IMG/VR virus record: IMGVR_UViG_3300019378_000951
Location: 1-64,000 of that record
Direction: 5' to 3' (one strand)
Length of the DNA: 64,000 nt
From: a virus
Taxonomy: Duplodnaviria; Caudoviricetes
The position numbers and the translations under genes are program-made. The notes beneath the pieces were generated by a model, which was not told where the DNA came from, did not search any database, and saw only the letters and a program-made list of their open reading frames with translations. This document shows positions 60,350 to 64,000 of this stretch, one piece after another (positions within the stretch are counted from its first letter, which is position 1; each line of letters begins with the position of its first letter).

Positions 60350-61789
60350 TTGTTTTATAGGGAGGTAATTGAATTGAAAGATGAGTCAGTATTAAAATCT
60401 GATAATAAAGAAGTTGAAGCATGCTTTATTACAGGTGATGAAAGAGGTATAAACGTACCATTTGATAGAATTTTTAAAAGAGATGATGTGAAATTATTCA
60501 ACTCATTACCGTTAATTAAACGTATACAAATCAATCAAACAGATTTAATTGTTGAAGATTGGCAAATTGTTATGAGTAATGATGTCGAACTTTATTATAA
60601 GTTATTAGCTCTAATATATGATATAAGAATTGAAAACAAAGGAGCTAATATTGAAAATGTAATAATGTCATTTATTGATGAAAATCCAATAATAATGAAA
60701 CGTATAAGCGACAATATTGATAAAAACTATACAATTACATTGGACAAAGGTGCAAGTGCAAATGTTAATATCGAGTTACAAGTAACTGATGAACTTAATA
60801 AAACGTTTTTAAAAGCAATATCATTAATGCGTTTTATAACGCCTCTTGTTTGTCTATATGAATTTGAAAATGGTGAAAATTATGATTATTATAATATTTA
60901 TTGTGAATGTCTTATTAAATTCAATGGAGGAAGTTCATCGATTATCAATAAATTGCATAAGATAGTATTTAGTAGATTAGTCCGTACTAAGTATAGTAAT
61001 CGTGTTATATGGAGTTATATAAGACAGAAATCAGATGATGTATCAATAACATCATTAGCTATAACAAAAAACATAGTTAATACAGTCTTAATTAAAACTA
61101 AAAACAATACAAGTTTAATAGCATTTTTAGATGTTGTTATTCGTAATAAAATTAAATTCTTATTTGAATACGATTATAGTGTATCTTATAAATCAATTAA
61201 AGTTAACTCTAATAAAGAATTAGAAGATAAAGAAAAATTGGAAATTCATCATTTAAAGTACGATAAAGGAGTTCAAAAATTAAATGAAATGGCAATAATA
61301 CAAGAATGTAAAAAAATTTATGAACGCTATGGTAAAAAATTAATAAATGAAAGAATCGAACAGCTTGAAGCTGTATGTCAAGGAGAAGTTAATTCAATTC
61401 AATTATTTTTGCTAGAACAAAAGTATCATAATTTTAAAATTAAATCACTAAACATAAAACGTAAGTATATATTAATGGCTGGTTTAGGAGAAGAATTTTT
61501 AGAGAATAATCTTGATATATTTAATAGAATATTGTATAGTCGCATAAACACATCTAGTAGACGTATTAATATTCGTAAGCGTACAGTTGAAAAGATATCA
61601 ATAACGCCATTATATATGGATGCCATGTTACAGTATAGTGATGTTTCTACAATATTTGAAAACAATAATATGATACGCTCGTTAATTGATTTAAAAAGTA
61701 ATGTTTTCGAAGACAGAAATGGTAACATATTAGATATAAACGCAAATGATTTCATAGTAGAAGTTTTAACATTTATAAAAGTAGTATAA
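60350..61789 (+). CDS. Hypothetical helical protein
   Basis: 479-aa ORF. Confidence 0.6.
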   Translation: MFYREVIELKDESVLKSDNKEVEACFITGDERGINVPFDRIFKRDDVKLFNSLPLIKRIQINQTDLIVEDWQIVMSNDVELYYKLLALIYDIRIENKGANIENVIMSFIDENPIIMKRISDNIDKNYTITLDKGASANVNIELQVTDELNKTFLKAISLMRFITPLVCLYEFENGENYDYYNIYCECLIKFNGGSSSIINKLHKIVFSRLVRTKYSNRVIWSYIRQKSDDVSITSLAITKNIVNTVLIKTKNNTSLIAFLDVVIRNKIKFLFEYDYSVSYKSIKVNSNKELEDKEKLEIHHLKYDKGVQKLNEMAIIQECKKIYERYGKKLINERIEQLEAVCQGEVNSIQLFLLEQKYHNFKIKSLNIKRKYILMAGLGEEFLENNLDIFNRILYSRINTSSRRINIRKRTVEKISITPLYMDAMLQYSDVSTIFENNNMIRSLIDLKSNVFEDRNGNILDINANDFIVEVLTFIKVV

Positions 61790-61840
61790 CATTTTTGTTA
61801 TACTACTTATTTTTTATATTTTTTGAGAAAGGGTGATATA

Positions 61841-62898
61841 ATGTACGATTTTTCTATTTATAATGAACTTAAAAAGCAATTAAAAGTGTGTAGACTTACT
61901 TCGTCTAAAGATGAGACTATAGTCCGGTAAGATGTCCTTATTGTGGAGATTCTGTAAAAGATAAATCTCATGCACACTTCTATATATCTAATAAACCACC
62001 GTTCAAGTATTATTGCCAACGTTGTAACGCGAAAGGCGTATTTAATAATAATGTTGCTATGAAATTAAAGATAACAGATATGTCGGTATTAACTTATATC
62101 AATAAATGTAATATTGAATATAAGAAACAGCAAAATTACAAGTATACAACTGACGTACAATTCTTATCCAATAAACGATATAATTATTCTGTCAATGAAT
62201 TAACTGATAGTCATGTTGATAAACTATTATATTTTAGAGATAGGCTTGGATTAGATATTACAGATGATAATTATAATGAAGTACTGAATAGATATAAAAT
62301 TGTGTTAAACCTTACAGAGTTCCTTAATAACAATAAAATGTCTCATTTAATATCTACCCGTTTTAAGTATGAGTCTCAAAAACAGATATTGAATGACGTA
62401 GATAAACGTTTTATAGGATTTATGGCATTAGATAATAATTTTATCACATTTAGAAATGTTTATAATGATGAACCTCGTTATAGAAATGTAAGATTAATAC
62501 TTGATGATGCGGATAGTAATAAAAAGATATATGTAATATCAAATGATATAGATTTGAAAGAACCAATATTCAACGTGTATATAACTGAAGGAGTATTTGA
62601 TATAATAGGAGTATACAACAATGTAGTTCCTAACAATCATTCTAACACTGATATATTTGTTGCAGCTAATGGTAAATCTCATTTATTAATATTTAATACA
62701 CTACTATCAATGGGTATAGTTAATTGCAATTTCCATATTTATAGTGACAGAGATGTTGATGTTGAATTCTATAGAAAGATAAAACAGAATAACAGGTTAT
62801 TGAATCTAAATGGAGCATCAATATATTATAATGAATTAAGTAAAGATACAGGTACAACTAAAGATAAAATTAAGATAAGTAAACCAATAATAATTTGA
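61841..62898 (+). CDS. DNA primase (zinc finger plus TOPRIM), frame interrupted at 61925-61932
   Basis: ETIVR-stop, then RCPYCGDS...CQRC in another frame continuing into ITEGVFD and YSDRD. Confidence 0.8.
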
Positions 62899-62912
62899 GA
62901 GGGGGATTTTCT

Positions 62913-63995
62913 ATGAATTATGAGTATCAAATGTCTTCACTTGAAATTTCATTACATTCAACAAAAATTAAGTATGATTATTTAAACACTGCACTTAATA
63001 CATTAATTCATACTGACAGATTATTAAATGGTAAAGACACTGTCAATGTTTATATTGACTTAACTACTGTTTTGAAGAAACTATATCACGAAGAATTATC
63101 TGGATTAAGTTTAGTAGATAGATATATGATTATTAGCGAGATTATTAATATAGCTGCTCATTATAGACATTATTTTGCTTCCAGATTGAAAAAGTATACT
63201 AATATAATAATGTACTATAGTGATAAAGAAGCAGAATATTGTAAGTCGATTAATGCAAATTACAATGATGAATATTATAATAAGTATATGAGAACTAATG
63301 AAGAAAAACCTGCTATAAAAATTATAATGAATTCCATTGAAATGGTTAAAGCATTCATGGAATATATTCCGAATGCATACGTTATTAATACTAACAATAT
63401 TGATCCGCGTGCATTTGTACGATTATCTATTGATAATTGTAATAATAACGAATATAATTTAATAATAACTAATAATATTTTATATTATGATATGTTAGGA
63501 TATAGAACTGACGTGTCTATTTTAGAGAATAAAGGACCATACAGTAAGAATATTTATAAAGGTAATTGGTTTAGTGAATTAACTCATAAATTAAAAAAAG
63601 AAAGAGTCCAACCAGACAATAAATTAATTTCGGTATTATTTTCAATGATGAATCATCCTAAGTATAACATAACATATTCAGGAAGAAAAGGAATAGCAGC
63701 AGCTGTAGATACTGTAAATGAAATGATTCTTAAAGGAACATTAGAACCAGGAATAGAATATAATGCGGAAACGCTTAAAATGTTAACATCAGATATTCAA
63801 TTATATGATAATTATAGAATAATAAGTAGCAAAAATCTAGTACAACAGTCAATAAATGATATTAATAAAATTAATTTAGAAAATCAATATATTAATAAAC
63901 CTGGGATATCGATAGTTAAAGATACATGTAATAAGTATTTTCGTAAAAATGAAGTAATACTTGAATATTTATATGAAGGGGAAGAAATTGTATGA
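62913..63995 (+). CDS. Possible FEN/T4 RNase H-like 5'-3' nuclease-fold protein
   Basis: NVYIDL, HYRHYF, LIITNN; adjacent to primase. Confidence 0.4.
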   Translation: MNYEYQMSSLEISLHSTKIKYDYLNTALNTLIHTDRLLNGKDTVNVYIDLTTVLKKLYHEELSGLSLVDRYMIISEIINIAAHYRHYFASRLKKYTNIIMYYSDKEAEYCKSINANYNDEYYNKYMRTNEEKPAIKIIMNSIEMVKAFMEYIPNAYVINTNNIDPRAFVRLSIDNCNNNEYNLIITNNILYYDMLGYRTDVSILENKGPYSKNIYKGNWFSELTHKLKKERVQPDNKLISVLFSMMNHPKYNITYSGRKGIAAAVDTVNEMILKGTLEPGIEYNAETLKMLTSDIQLYDNYRIISSKNLVQQSINDINKINLENQYINKPGISIVKDTCNKYFRKNEVILEYLYEGEEIV

Positions 63996-64000
63996 TTAAT

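Noticed and set aside
10196-61755. Numerous 60-135 aa antisense ORFs within long genes
   Set aside because: Shadow ORFs of codon-biased genes, lacking RBS or motifs
1-64000. tRNA or rRNA genes
   Set aside because: No cloverleaf or rRNA signatures noticed by eye; structured GC-richer tracts are explained by introns. tRNAscan-SE would confirm.

Overview
AT-rich segment of a jumbo myophage of the AR9/PBS1/phiR1-37 type, probably infecting a spore-forming Clostridia/Firmicutes host (inference from anaerobic RNR, a YyaC-like gene and codon usage). It carries head genes (major capsid, scaffold, gp21-like protease, terminase), tail and baseplate genes (tube, enlarged sheath, wedge, hub), two split multisubunit RNA polymerase fragments, nrdD/nrdG, gyrA, a GroEL-like chaperonin, guanylate kinase and primase. 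Five group I introns, with junctions resolved to the nucleotide, interrupt nrdD (two), terL, the prohead protease and the RNAP beta-C gene. Three encode homing endonucleases; two are ORF-less, one only 186 nt. Highlights: (1) a dispersed family of about 10-13 divergent small proteins sharing an internal motif and a terminal phi-phi-D/E-x-x-phi-COOH tag; (2) 17 AACA-N6-TA promoter sites matching the uracil-dependent AR9 late promoter; (3) a degenerate SET-like domain fused to an RNAP subunit; (4) a phi-x-E protease cleavage code across head cargo, including an ART-like/kinase polyprotein; (5) a 5-nt interruption with a stop codon in the primase zinc finger. No tRNA, rRNA or CRISPR array was seen. 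All protein calls rest on motif recognition by eye, not database searches.
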